This document shows positions 25,546 to 37,300 of a stretch of 64,000 nucleotides of DNA, piece by piece (position 1 is the stretch's first letter; every line of letters begins with the position of its first letter). The stretch is taken from the NCBI GenBank assembly GCA_038087875.1, contig JAXLNO010000563.1:62001-126000 (forward strand), in the 5' to 3' direction. The notes beneath the pieces are model-generated. The model saw only the letters and a list, made by a program, of their open reading frames with translations. It made no database searches and was not told the DNA's origin. The DNA is from Malacoraja senta. Taxonomy: Eukaryota. A program made the position numbers and the translations under genes.

Positions 25546-26274
25546 GTTATAATATAATGCAGATAATGTCCAATAATGTCAAGACAACCAAACAGCCAAT
25601 TTTCCCTGAGTGGGAAGGAACTGCAGATGCTGGTTCACATCAAATATACACACAAAATGATGGAGTAACTCAACGGGTCATGCAGCATCTCGAGATTAAA
25701 TTCAGAGGGTGGTGAATCTGTGGAATTCTTTGCTACAGAAGGCTGTGGAGGACGTCAGTGGATATATTTAAGGCATAGATAGATTTGTGATTAGTACAGG
25801 TGGCAGAGGTTATGGAGAGGAGGCAGGAGAATGGGGTTAGGAGGGAGAGATAGATCAGCCAGAATAATGCCTAGGTTAGGGGGTACTAGTTGCAGGAAAC
25901 ATCACCCATTCCTTCTATCCAGAGATGCTGCCTGTTCCGCTGCGTTACTCCAGCTCATTTTCCCTTGTTGACTATTGTACCATTTGACTATAAATGCCTG
26001 TAGTTCCAATGCAGAAAAATCCTCCAGAATTCTACAATCCTCAAAGTCACAAAGGCTGCAAAGTGTTGTGACTTTCAATAGCTCCCTGATGTAAGAGTGA
26101 GAGGTAAACTGTGAGAAGTGGCAGAGACTAGAAAACTACGAGCTACTGTGACTTAAAACTCATGGACAAAGCGAAGGAGTCACTGAAAACTTGCGAAGTC
26201 AATGGGCACTTTGCGGTACGGTCAAATAAGTGAGTCTGGAGAGTTGGTCCTATATAAAACACGGATTTATATAT

Positions 26275-26690
26275 TTGTTTATAGAGCCAGACTTTTCTTT
26301 GTCTCATTGCTCAGACAACCAAAGTTGAAACACAGAGAGGAGACAAGTTTTGCATTGCACTGTTATTGAGGTCATTTAGGATTTTAATACTGGAAAATTA
26401 AATGTCCTGGCAGGTGCCACTTATAACAAACACCTGCCAGGACATCAAGACTAATTACCAGACAGATGATGTCACTTTAATCCAGGTTAAACAAATTTAA
26501 CTCCTTTGTAAAGATGTTTTGATCCAGTGTTCTTCTGGCAGGGTCGTACAATGCCAATGAAATGGCAGCTGATACTTTATGCAAATGGTGCTGGATTCTA
26601 TCCCTGTGATGGACTTGGTGACATTAACTCTCTGTGCTGATTCCATGGATGTCTGAACAATTGTACCAGGAAGTTGAGCATGGAAAGACC
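26275..26690 (+). repeat. Non-coding block ~1.5 kb upstream of the SOUL gene, homologous to 452-855 (inverted)
   Basis: See the 452-855 feature; contains a perfect 15-bp inverted repeat at 26402-26445. Confidence 0.8.
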
Positions 26691-27159
26691 GATTATATTT
26701 AATAATCCCACTCCCTTTGAGGTATTCTGGCTTCTATTATCTCATGTATGTAAATGAACAATGCAGATGATGGAAATCTGAAATAAAAACAGAAAATACT
26801 GGGAACATCAGGCAGGTCGGGAACATCTGTTGAAAATGAAAATAAATAAATGTTTCAGGTCATAGACCTTTATTGGGAATTGGGAAAGGGAGATAAAGAA
26901 GGTACCTTTAAGTTGCAGACAAGGAGGAAGGAGGGATGGATGGGAAATGGGGGACATCAGTGGAAGGAAGCGACCAGTGAAGTGGGTTCAGAAGGCCAGT
27001 TAGGCAGTGATTGTGACTAAGCCATGAGTCTCTGGAGAGTGACTTGCCCACACCTCCTCCAACCCCGCCTCTTGCAATGATGCCATTCCCTACTCAATTT
27101 GTCCATTTCTGCTGCTTCTACTCCTACATGAGGATATGTCTCCTCTTTGCCCAACACCT

Positions 27160-27620
27160 CTGCAGTTCTGGACGGCAATTACAGGAAGGATGTGGAGGCT
27201 TGGGAAAGTGTGCAGGGGAGGTTCACCAGAATGATGCCTGGATTAGGGGGTACTAGCTACAGGGAGCAATTGGACAGACTTGGATTCTTTTCGCTGGAAC
27301 ATTGGAGGTTGTGGAGAGAGTATATAAAATTATGAGAGGCACAGATAGGATACGGAGTAAGAAGCTTTCCCCCCCATATTAAAAAATAATCAAATACTAG
27401 AGGGCATAGCTTTACGATGAGAAGGACAAAGTTTAAAAGAGCGGGGCAAGTTTTTTACACAAGGTGTGGTGAGTACCTGGAACGTGCTGTCAGGGGTGAT
27501 GGATGAGAATGATATGATAGTGGTATTCTAGCGATTTTTGGATCAACTTACGGATATGCAGGGAATGGAAGGATATGGATTATTTGTAAGAGTTGATCTT
27601 AGCATCAGGTTCGGCACCTT
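27160..27620 (+). mobile_element. CR1 LINE 3' fragment
   Basis: YRKDVEA.ESVQ.RFTRMMPGL..SYRE.LDRLGFFSLE. Confidence 0.75.
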
Positions 27621-28149
27621 AGCTTTAAAAAAACAAGTCCACATCTTCTCATTTTATCCTTGGGCAAGGGGATAAAATGGGCAATATCTGATCCACTGAC
27701 TCTCTCCAATGGAAATAAGCAGGAACTGAGACTGGGGAAAATAGGTATGCGCTGGTTAATATTCCACTTAGGTCTATAATGTCTCTGGCAACCCTCTCCA
27801 TCTCAGTTGGTGCGTTGGCCTGTCTTGTGGACCTGATTCAAAGATGGGGAAGGTCCCAGGGCTGGGGCTTGGATGTTGGTGGATGAGAAAAACCACTCCA
27901 CCACCACTCACAAACCGATGCCATTAATGACCATCCTCACTGCTGACTCCACCTTCCCCAGAGCTTGCCGTCCAGCAAAAGTTAACACACACGTACATTT
28001 AATTGTCTGCTGCAGGGCCTCAGGCTTAATCAGATTCAGCACTCTGACGGTGAATGATTCCATTAGCTTAGAACAAAACAATGTTTGCATAATATATAAC
28101 CTGACTTAATTTCTCAGACACGATATTCAAAATCATCTTCATAAAACAG

Positions 28150-28157
28150 TATAAAAA
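28150..28157 (+). promoter_or_regulatory. TATA box of the SOUL-family gene
   Basis: TATAAAAA about 90 nt upstream of the ATG at 28247. Confidence 0.6.
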
Positions 28158-28246
28158 GATTTGAACTCACGGCTCAGACAGCAGATCCAGCTGGAGGTGT
28201 GGAGAGTGACTGGGTGCATTCAACAGTAACCAGAGCAGAGCCCAAG

Positions 28247-28378
28247 ATGCTGAGACTCTGTTTAACTCTCTCTGTCCTCCTGGGGCTGCAGGTTGCAGGA
28301 ACAGGAGCAGATGAACGTGTGACAGAGGCGTGCAAGAGCATGATGTTTTATCCTGTCGGAAAAGTCAAAGTGTATGAT
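28247..28378 (+). CDS. SOUL-family gene exon 1 (signal peptide + N-terminus)
   Basis: AAGATGC start about 90 nt below the TATA box; hydrophobic leader MLRLCLTLSVLLGLQVAGTG; strong donor GAT|GTAAGT at 28379, phase 0. Confidence 0.85.
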
Positions 28379-31300
28379 GTAAGTACTTTTGGGAATTATC
28401 AGGGATGGATGGTAGGGAAGAGAGGATATTTGCTGTTCCACACTCAACTCAGGGTTAAATTCGTCCATTGTTTGAAACCCATTCCTGAAATCCTCTGTTG
28501 TACATTGTTCTGTGTTTTGGAGCTCACCCTGACAGACCAGGATGGACCTTGGACTCAGTTTGCTGAGTATCTTCACTTCAACACTCCTCACTCCCTCTGG
28601 AGTTTATCCCAGAGGGAATGGGGAGTAAGGAATATTTCCTGTATACTGACTGCACAATTAGTTCCACTTTCAGTCTCAGAAATTATGTCACAGCTGAAAT
28701 TAAAAATGTGATGAAGTTCCGACAACAGTTTAACATGAATAAAGATTTTTGTTCCGTGGATCGATGAACGTGAAGTCTGCCAATATTTAAAATATCACAA
28801 CAAACAATATGATCATTGGAACCTTTTTTGTTCAAGAATACAGGATGGTGCAGGGAGTGTGGTTGTATCAGCACAGGGAGACAGGGGGAACAGAGGTGGG
28901 GAATGGTGGGGTCAAGGCCACAGAGACAACCTGTGGGGCAGTGTCAGGGCCGGCCCTAGGCCGATTGGACTGATTTTTCCATATTGGGCCCCGCCCAATA
29001 TGGAATAATTTTCCGTATTTCATATGGTAATACAAATTCGCTTTGTTAATTAAAGATTTAAAAAAAAACATTCACCATACAGATTTTTTTACAAAACTTA
29101 CATGGTTTTGTACATGGAATACAAGCGCTGTATGGCTAACAGACACAAACGATGTGTTAATGACTGTAGCACTTGTGTTAACAGCCAGTAGTGTTAACAG
29201 CCAGATGTGTTAACAGCCGGTAGTTAACAAGTAGGTATCCAATGCGTCATCAATGCATTGATCCACATTCCTCAGTAAATGTGTAATTGTGTTTTAGAAG
29301 AAGTATTAATGACGCTGCGTTCCTTTGAATACAATTCACACGGCGTCATCAACCCTTCTTCAAAACATAATTAGATTTTACTGAGGAATGTAGATTGATG
29401 CATTAATGACATTGAGAATTTCTTAAAACTCACCATCATGAGTGAGAACATCTTCTTGGTCTGCAGCAGGTTAGTCATTCAATTTACCTACCGACCCACA
29501 TTGTGGCTCTCTGTCTTTCGCTCTCTCCTACCCTCTCACGCGCTCTCTCTCTCCCGTGCGCTCTCTCTCTCTCCCGTGCGCGCTCTCTCTCTCCTGTTCC
29601 CCACCTCTTTCTCTAGCTCTCTCGGCATTCCCGGAATCATTGACATTTTGCGGTATACAAAAATGCTGGAGAAACTTAGCAGGTGAGGCAGCATCTATGG
29701 AGCGGAGGAAATATGCAACGTATCGAGTCGATACCCTTCTTCAGACCCGGCTATTTCCTTCGCTCCATAGATGCTGCCTCAAGCCCTGTCCCACTGTGCG
29801 AGTTCACCCAAGAGCTTAAAATCTCTGTGTAGCATCTCTGTTCCTATCTTCAAATTCCCACTTTGAAATAAAATACAGTTTTCGACTTAAACATTTTACA
29901 GCAGGATCGCGATTAGTCGATACCCACACATTTTCAATCATCGTTCGATTGTGTAATTTTCACACCTGGTTGATGTATTTATTTTTAAAGATACAGTACA
30001 TTACAATAAATAGTTTCAAGCATACCCGGTACTAAATGCACGAACAATAAGGTGGTTACTGATGTTACAAACGGTTATAAATGAATATAATTTCAAAGTG
30101 AAATAGGAGATTTCCATGGAAAGAATATTTAACCAGAATATGGTGAGGTCGCTGCAAAATGCTCACAAAACAATACGCCGTTAACTCAGGATTGTTTCTT
30201 AGCCCTCTGACAGGTGTGTCAATCTAACCTCGTAGCGCGCTGTTAATCGATTCATAGCTATTAATTTTCATTCCTGGTCCATATCGAACTTCTCCAAATG
30301 TAAACGGGGGGGGGGGGGGGGGGGGGGGGGGGGAGGCTAGGATAAAATACCATATTTGGATAGCGACCCTGCTGCGAAATTTTTGTCGAAAGTTGTATTT
30401 CATTTCAAAGTGGGAATTGGAAGATAGGGACAGAGATGCTACAACAGAGATTTTGGTAGGAAGGAAACGTTACAGCAGCTGAGTCAAATATTAGTCAAAT
30501 GGTAGGTTCAATGAAGATCGGGCGAGGGGGATTGGGGGTGGGGGGAAGTATCTATAGCTTGGGACTTGCCTAAATGAGTACTGAGATGGATTATCATTCC
30601 ACACCAAATTTCTTATACAATAATACATTTTATGCAATTATCACAACATTTTGTTGGATATGGATCAACCTATGGTACATGCTCGTAAATTAGTAAAACA
30701 AATGTTCTTTAAGTACTGTTGTTTCTGGGTTGGGATTACTGATAACAAATAACCTACATTCTATATTTTGTCATAATGTGGCTGAAAATGGCATATTTTG
30801 TGATATTTATTGGGCTAGAAAGATACAACTGAGTTTGGGCAAGATATTACCTTGCAACATTCTGTATGTCTGATAGATATTGTGAAATGGAACTCAGAAA
30901 TTAAGGGAGGATTACATAAAACTACAATTCAAAGGTAATGAATATACAGAGTATTCTTATTTCCATCATGAACATACTATAGTGATATAGGACATCAGGT
31001 CCTACTACGGTAAACTCACGAGCTACTACGGTATGACTACGTGTTAAAAAGTATCAAATGTTTACATCCTGAGTATATTTTACATGTGGACATTTTTCAA
31101 TGTCCACTTAACGGAGGAGGCGCTGTCCTGAACGGCTACCTGTCCTGCAGCTGTCCGTTTTTTTCCCTTCTTTTTTATTATTTTTAGTACGTTGAGGGTG
31201 CAGTCAGGGGGCCTAATCTTTTTATGTGTGGGGGGGTGGTGGGGGGAAGGGGGAAACTGCTTTTCGAGTCCCTACCTGGTCGGAGGGGTTGCCTTCCTCC

Positions 31301-34300
31301 GAGCAGGGCCTTCGACCCGTCCTCGCGGCCCACCAGCGGGGCCTGGAGCGGCGTTTCCGGAGGGGACCTGGCCAGAACCTCGGCTTCGGCGGCGGCACAG
31401 CGCTGGAGCGCTGGAACGCTATCGCGGAGTGGGCGATGCCTTGTCTGGGTCGCCACGCTGGAACTCCGGTATGCTGGGACCGCCGATAAAAACATCGCGG
31501 AGCAGCGGGTCTGTGGAGCGCCCAGCTGCGGGGACTGCCGATGGAAACATCGCGGAGCCGCGGGTCTGTGGAGCGGCCAGCTGCGGGGACTGTCGATAAA
31601 AACATCGCGGAGCCGCGGGTCTGTGGAGCGGCCAGCTGCGGGCAGCAGCGCTGTCTTTAGCATCGCGGAGCCTGGGATCTCTCGCTGAGATCGCCAGTAT
31701 GTGGAGCTCCGTCCAGAGCGGCCTGTTGGCTTGGAATCCGCGGTCTCCGGTAAGAAGGCGGCCGTTCCTGGCACCCCAAGCCGCTGAGAGGGTTCTCCCG
31801 ACGCCGGGGTACCATCACCCAGCGAGAACGGCCAGGAACATCGAGCCTCCGTAGCGGCGACTGTGGATGCCTCAATAGGCCCGACTATGGGTGGACATGG
31901 GGATGGGAACTGGACTTTGTGCCTTCCCCCACAGTGGGAACCATTGTGGGGGGATGTTTTTATGTTTTAATGTTAAACTTCTTTAATGCTATGTTGTATT
32001 TTTATTAGTGTGCTGCAAGGACATCTGAATTTCCCCTGAATAAGGGGATTAATAAAGTAAAATCAATCAATCAATCAATCAAAACATGTTGAAAAATCTT
32101 CACGGGTTACCACGTTTCCCGAGTACCTGCCGTTAGCGCTAAGAAATGGCATGTTGGCCTTTATAACAAGAGGAATCGAATATAGGAGCAAAGAGGTCAT
32201 TTCTGCAGTTGTACAGAGTTCTAGTGAGACCGCACCTGGAGTATTGTGTGCAGTTTTGGTCCCCTAATTTGAGGAAGGACATTCTTGTTATTGAGGGAGA
32301 GCAGTGTAGGTTTACAAGGTTAATTCCCGGGATGGCAGGACTGTCATATGCTGAGAGAATGGAGCAGCTGGGCTTGTACACTCTGGAGTTTAGAAGGATG
32401 GGAGGGGATCTCATTGAAACATATAGGATTTGTTAAGGGCTTGGACACGCTAGAGGCAGGAAACATGTTCCCGATGTTGGGGGAGTCCAGAACCAGGGGC
32501 CACAGTTTAAGAATAAGGGGTAAGCCATTTAGAACGGAGACGAGGAAACACTTTTTCTCACAGAGAGTGGTGAGTGTGTGGAATTCTCTGCCTCAGAGGG
32601 CAGTGGAGGCAGGTTCTCTGGATGCTTTCAAGAGAGAGCTAGATAGGGCTCTTAAAAATAGCTGAGTCAGGGGATATGGGAAGAAGGCAGGAACGGGGTA
32701 CTGATTGTGGATGATCAGCCATGATCATATTGAATGGCGGTGCTGGCTCGAAGGGCCAAATGGCCTGCTCCTGAACCTATTGTTTATTGTCTATTGAAAT
32801 GTCCCGAGCTCCGACGTACCCTTCTTCAGACAATCACAAGCACTCTCACCGACGAGAGTTCAGTTCAGTCTGAAGAAGGGTCTTCTCTCCAGAGTCGCTG
32901 TGCTGCCTGTCCTGCTGAGCTACTCCAGCTTTTGTCTATTTTCAATTTCAGAGTTAGATAAAATTGCAGACTTGATTTTTAAAATCTCAAAATTTTGTAA
33001 CATTGCTAGAAAATCTACCTGCATCTTGGAGGCCGAAGGTTAGGTTGTTAGCCAAGAAGGATAGACTTTGTTATCCCTCAGTACAGCAACATCAAGAACG
33101 ATGTTGCTGTACTGAGGGATAGCCAAGTCTAGCTGATGGGAAGCGGCTGTAAAGTGGGAAGCGGCTGAAACAGGACAGCGCTGCTGGGGGGGGGGGGGGA
33201 GTTCCTTTCAGAGCGTGTGAGTAGTCTGTCCAGGGGTAAAGTTGTGGGGAGGGCAGGGGGGTTGAGAAGGAGGGGGTCGGCCGGGGATCATCCAGCTCAA
33301 GAGCGGGTCAGGGGGCGATGGATAACAGGACAGCGGGCGGTGGAGCTTACTCCATATGTCAGTGAGAGTAACCTCAATTGATCCCTTGTTCACTCTAACA
33401 CAGGAGTAAGCTCCACCGCCCGCTGTGATGTTACCCATCACCCGCTGACCCACTCCGCTCTATGATCTTTGCTCTTGAGCTGGTCCCCTCACTGTTCAGA
33501 CGGAGAGCACTGCCAGAGGTGAGCGGGTCGGCAGAAGGCGCTGAGATGGCAGTCGGATCCGCTGGCCGGTGATGGAGGCTGCTCATAGCCACGCGAGCTG
33601 CTTCCCTCCCCGGCCACAATGCGGTGGCGCCCGGAGCGCCGCGGCAGCGGTGAGTGAGTGTTACTGGCATGAACCCGACCCCCTCCTTCTCAACGCTCCT
33701 TCCCTCCTCACAACTTTACCCCTGGCTAGACTCCCCACTTGCTGTGAAAGAAACTCTCCCCCGAATTGTCATGTTACTCACAACACGTGACTCATTTATA
33801 AATATTTATTTATATTTCTACGAAAATTATTCCCAATTGGGCGCCGTACCTCCTAAGGCCGGCCCTGGGCTATGTGGTCTGCGAGGTTATAATAACCACA
33901 CTCAGGGTATCCCGTCTATAGGAAGGTTGTGTTGAGTGTAGAGTCGTCTGTAGACTCAGACTCCTCCTGGTCTGGGTGCACCACAGACAGTGGGAGAACA
34001 GCTCCAATGTATCACCACAGCCCAGAACTGACAGAGCAGACACTGCCTCACCAATAGGACCCCTTCCCCACTTCACCCCATCATTACCAGTTGTGGCCCA
34101 GACCCCACTCCCTCTGGGGAATGGGCTGAGACTCCTCACACTCATCCTACACTGGAGCCTTTCTGTTTCCAGAGCAGCCTTTCACCTAATGTGGAAAGCC
34201 GGGGAACATTTTGCTTCTTTCAGCAAAGTTAACAGAAAATAGGGAATGAAAATATTCCAATATTTCTGTAACCAACTCAGTAGTTCAGTCCACTCAGATC

Positions 34301-37300
34301 ACTCATCAGACTCCCAAATCACAGCTCCCAACACAGATGCTGCCCCTAAACTTCACCACTATTCCATTGACTCCTCTCTTTCCTTTCATCACTCTAGAAT
34401 TATGAAGAGCTCCTTTTAACAAACCTGCAATGGCTTTATACGTTTGTTAATGGAACGGATTTGAAGACTGCAACAAAGATCGCCTTGGACAAATTTTTTG
34501 ATTATTCACATTTCAATAATGCTGCAGGTACGTTAGTTATTTGTTCAATGTAACAGCGTGGAACGTGGCTTATGTCTCAGTGTCTGACCCATCTTATTTC
34601 AAACTAGTGTGCAGGCAGGCAGACAGGATCCACATTTGGTCACTGGATGGTTTTCTGTTCTTCATGGAGTGTGAAGCACACAGGACAGAAGGAGGCCAGT
34701 CAGCCCTTCCTGTCCATGCTGGGCAAAAGCGGCAAACTCAACTCTTCCCAATTTCAATTCTATCACTCCCTGTGGTGAGATGACCAGAACTGTTCACAGT
34801 TCTCCAGTTGTGACTTCATTCATCATCCATACATTTCCAGGTTGAGCTGAGCTGACAAGGGAATTCAGCTGTGCAGGTACATTGGCTGAGGTTCCATTGG
34901 GGGAGTTCTAAAATCCACAATATGCTGTATGTGTGTGTCTGCATTTGTACATGTGTGTGCGTATGTTTATGTGGGTGTGCCTGTGTGGGTGGGTGTGTGC
35001 GTGTCACAGTGTGCATGTGATTCTAATTTTGTGTGTGTGTGTGTGTATACATCTGAGTGAGTGTACGTGCATGTGTTTGTGTGTGAGTGTTTGCATGATG
35101 CTAAGTGTATGTCTGTGTGTGTATCTGCACTTCTGTGTCTGTACATTTGTGACTGACTCTGTGTATGTATATTTTAGTGTGTGCATGTGTCTGAGTGTGT
35201 GTGCTTGTATGTGCATGGGCGTGCGTGTGTGCGTTGGTGCGTGCATGTATATGCACGTGAGAGAGACTAATACTCAGCAGGTCAGGCAGTGGTTGTGGAG
35301 AGAGACAGAGTTAACCTTTCCCACCCTGAAAAAAGTGGTGAACACGACTTCTGTAATTGATCTCCAGGTGGACGAACCTCTTCCCAACAACCATTAGGAT
35401 CTTCAACACGACAAACACTAACTAAGCAATGGATTGCCTAGATTGCTGAAAGTATTTGGGGCTTTTGTAATAATATTGGCATTTATAATTTATTGAAAAT
35501 AGTAAGATTAAATGAGAACTTACCAGTTTGAAGTTTGATCTCTATTTATGAGGAGTTACGATGAGCGATTACGTGAAGAAGCCCGCCAGTGCGCATGTGC
35601 GCCAATGTTCAAAGCAGCGGTGTGAAATCACAGATAACAGTAGTTGAAGTGACATAGTAAGATTAGAGAAAACTAGAACTAACAGATGACCTTTATGATA
35701 CGAGGGTTGGGAGCGGAGGGCACGTAATCGCTCATCGTAACTCCTCATAAAATAAAGATCAAACTTCAAACTGGTAAGGTCTCATTTAATCTTACTATTT
35801 TACTTCGGAGTCACATTAGTGATTCCGTGAAGATTTCAAAGCTCTGTGATTTCATGCCGTGGAAACGAGTCCACACAAACACAACTGCATCAGTTGACCA
35901 CAGATAAGAGAAACATTGATAATGCATACAGACATGACATGGATTTAAAACATGCTGATGCTATTTAATGAACAAATAATAATAATAGTAACCCCTCTCA
36001 TCCGGGAGGAACTATAAAATAGAACCTAAAATAGAGTTGGCAAATACCTCCGGTCTGGCTATGGGTTATTATAAAATGTTTGGAAAGCTCGTTCGTTAGA
36101 CCATCCTGCAGTTGTTAGGATGTGGTCCAGCGGAACGTACATAACACTTGCTGCTGATGTTGTAGCAGCCCTGGTGGAGTGAGATTAGAAAATATTAGTA
36201 TCTACTCCTGCATAAGCCAAAACCCCGTTTTAACAACCTGGTGATGGTCTGAACTGATACCTTCTTATGAGGTTTTTCGTAACTAACAAACATTGCTAGT
36301 ATCAGAGCCTCTAAGGCTCTAGGTGACCTTGACATATTGTTGTAAATGTGTGACCACACATAACCGAAGGTCCATGAGGTATGCCATGAGAACTAATTTG
36401 AGACCTGACGTCCCTGGGCTGCTCTACTTAACTAAATCATAAAGGTAAAATATTATATTATTTCCAGGTGTAACCATCCTGTCCAGTCGCAATTTATGTA
36501 GTGACTGGACCCGTTGCACTGAGACCAGTGCCCTGAGGATAACTACCTTATGAGAGCCGGGCCAAAGATAAGAATGTAGCTGGAGCCCCCTGGTGAAGTG
36601 GTGTTAACACAATGTCAATATCCCATACTTCCATGTGTTTGGGCCTGAGAGAACTTGTGTTAAAGATATCCTTTATAAACTGGATATCAGAGGGTGAGAC
36701 CCAACAGAGTGGGTCCCGCTCGCTGCAGCAAATATGATGAGAAGGCACTTCTTCTACTTCTGTCGTGTGACTTTTATACCTGCAGCTCCGTTGCGGAGTG
36801 GGTCATCGTCCAGGTCAATCAGACCTCGTTCACCATTCGGTGGCCGGTGTTTGGGGCAACTGGTGACTATGTCCTCCACTGTCTGTGTTGGGTCCCCACA
36901 CTCGCAGGAGGCGCTGTCCACGAGGCCCCACCTCTTCATCGCTACTCCATAGCGTCCAATGCCTGTCCTCAAGCGGTTGAGGGTTGTCCACTGCTTTTGG
37001 GGCAGGTCCTGGCCAGGGGCGTCCATGGGGTCATCGATGTAATGGTGTAGCCTTGATGATTCCGCTGACTTCCACTCGTCTCTCCATCTCGTCTTGACCC
37101 AGGCAGCCTTAGAAGCATCAGCCGGCAAAGGGGTGCCGTGACTTGAGGCGCACTCATCGTGGTGTCTCTGTGATGGTCTGATGGAGGAGGTGGGATTCAC
37201 TGGTCTGTGCCTTTCGAGAGAGGGCCAGCATGGCTGCTTCTCGTCTGATGTTGGCCGGGGCGATGCCAGCGAGGACGGGCAGTTGGTTTACTGGGGTGCC

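Larger units (their letters stand above)
28945..33867. mobile_element. hAT-like non-autonomous DNA transposon (4.9 kb with nested inserts) in intron 1
   Basis: TIRs CAGGGCCGGCCCTAGG (28945) and CCTAAGGCCGGCCCTG (ends 33867); degenerate 8-bp TSD GGCAGTGT / GGCTATGT; no transposase ORF seen. Confidence 0.7.

Noticed and set aside
28199..28711. 170-aa single-exon ORF
   Set aside because: Only 28247-28378 is supported as coding; the rest is intron read-through past a strong GTAAGT donor
31184..31774. Several overlapping 130-196-aa ORFs / CpG island
   Set aside because: Stop-poor GC-rich retroposon body, homologous to 14337-15295
34933..35397. Cys/Val-rich and His/Thr-rich ORFs
   Set aside because: Translation of a (TG)n microsatellite
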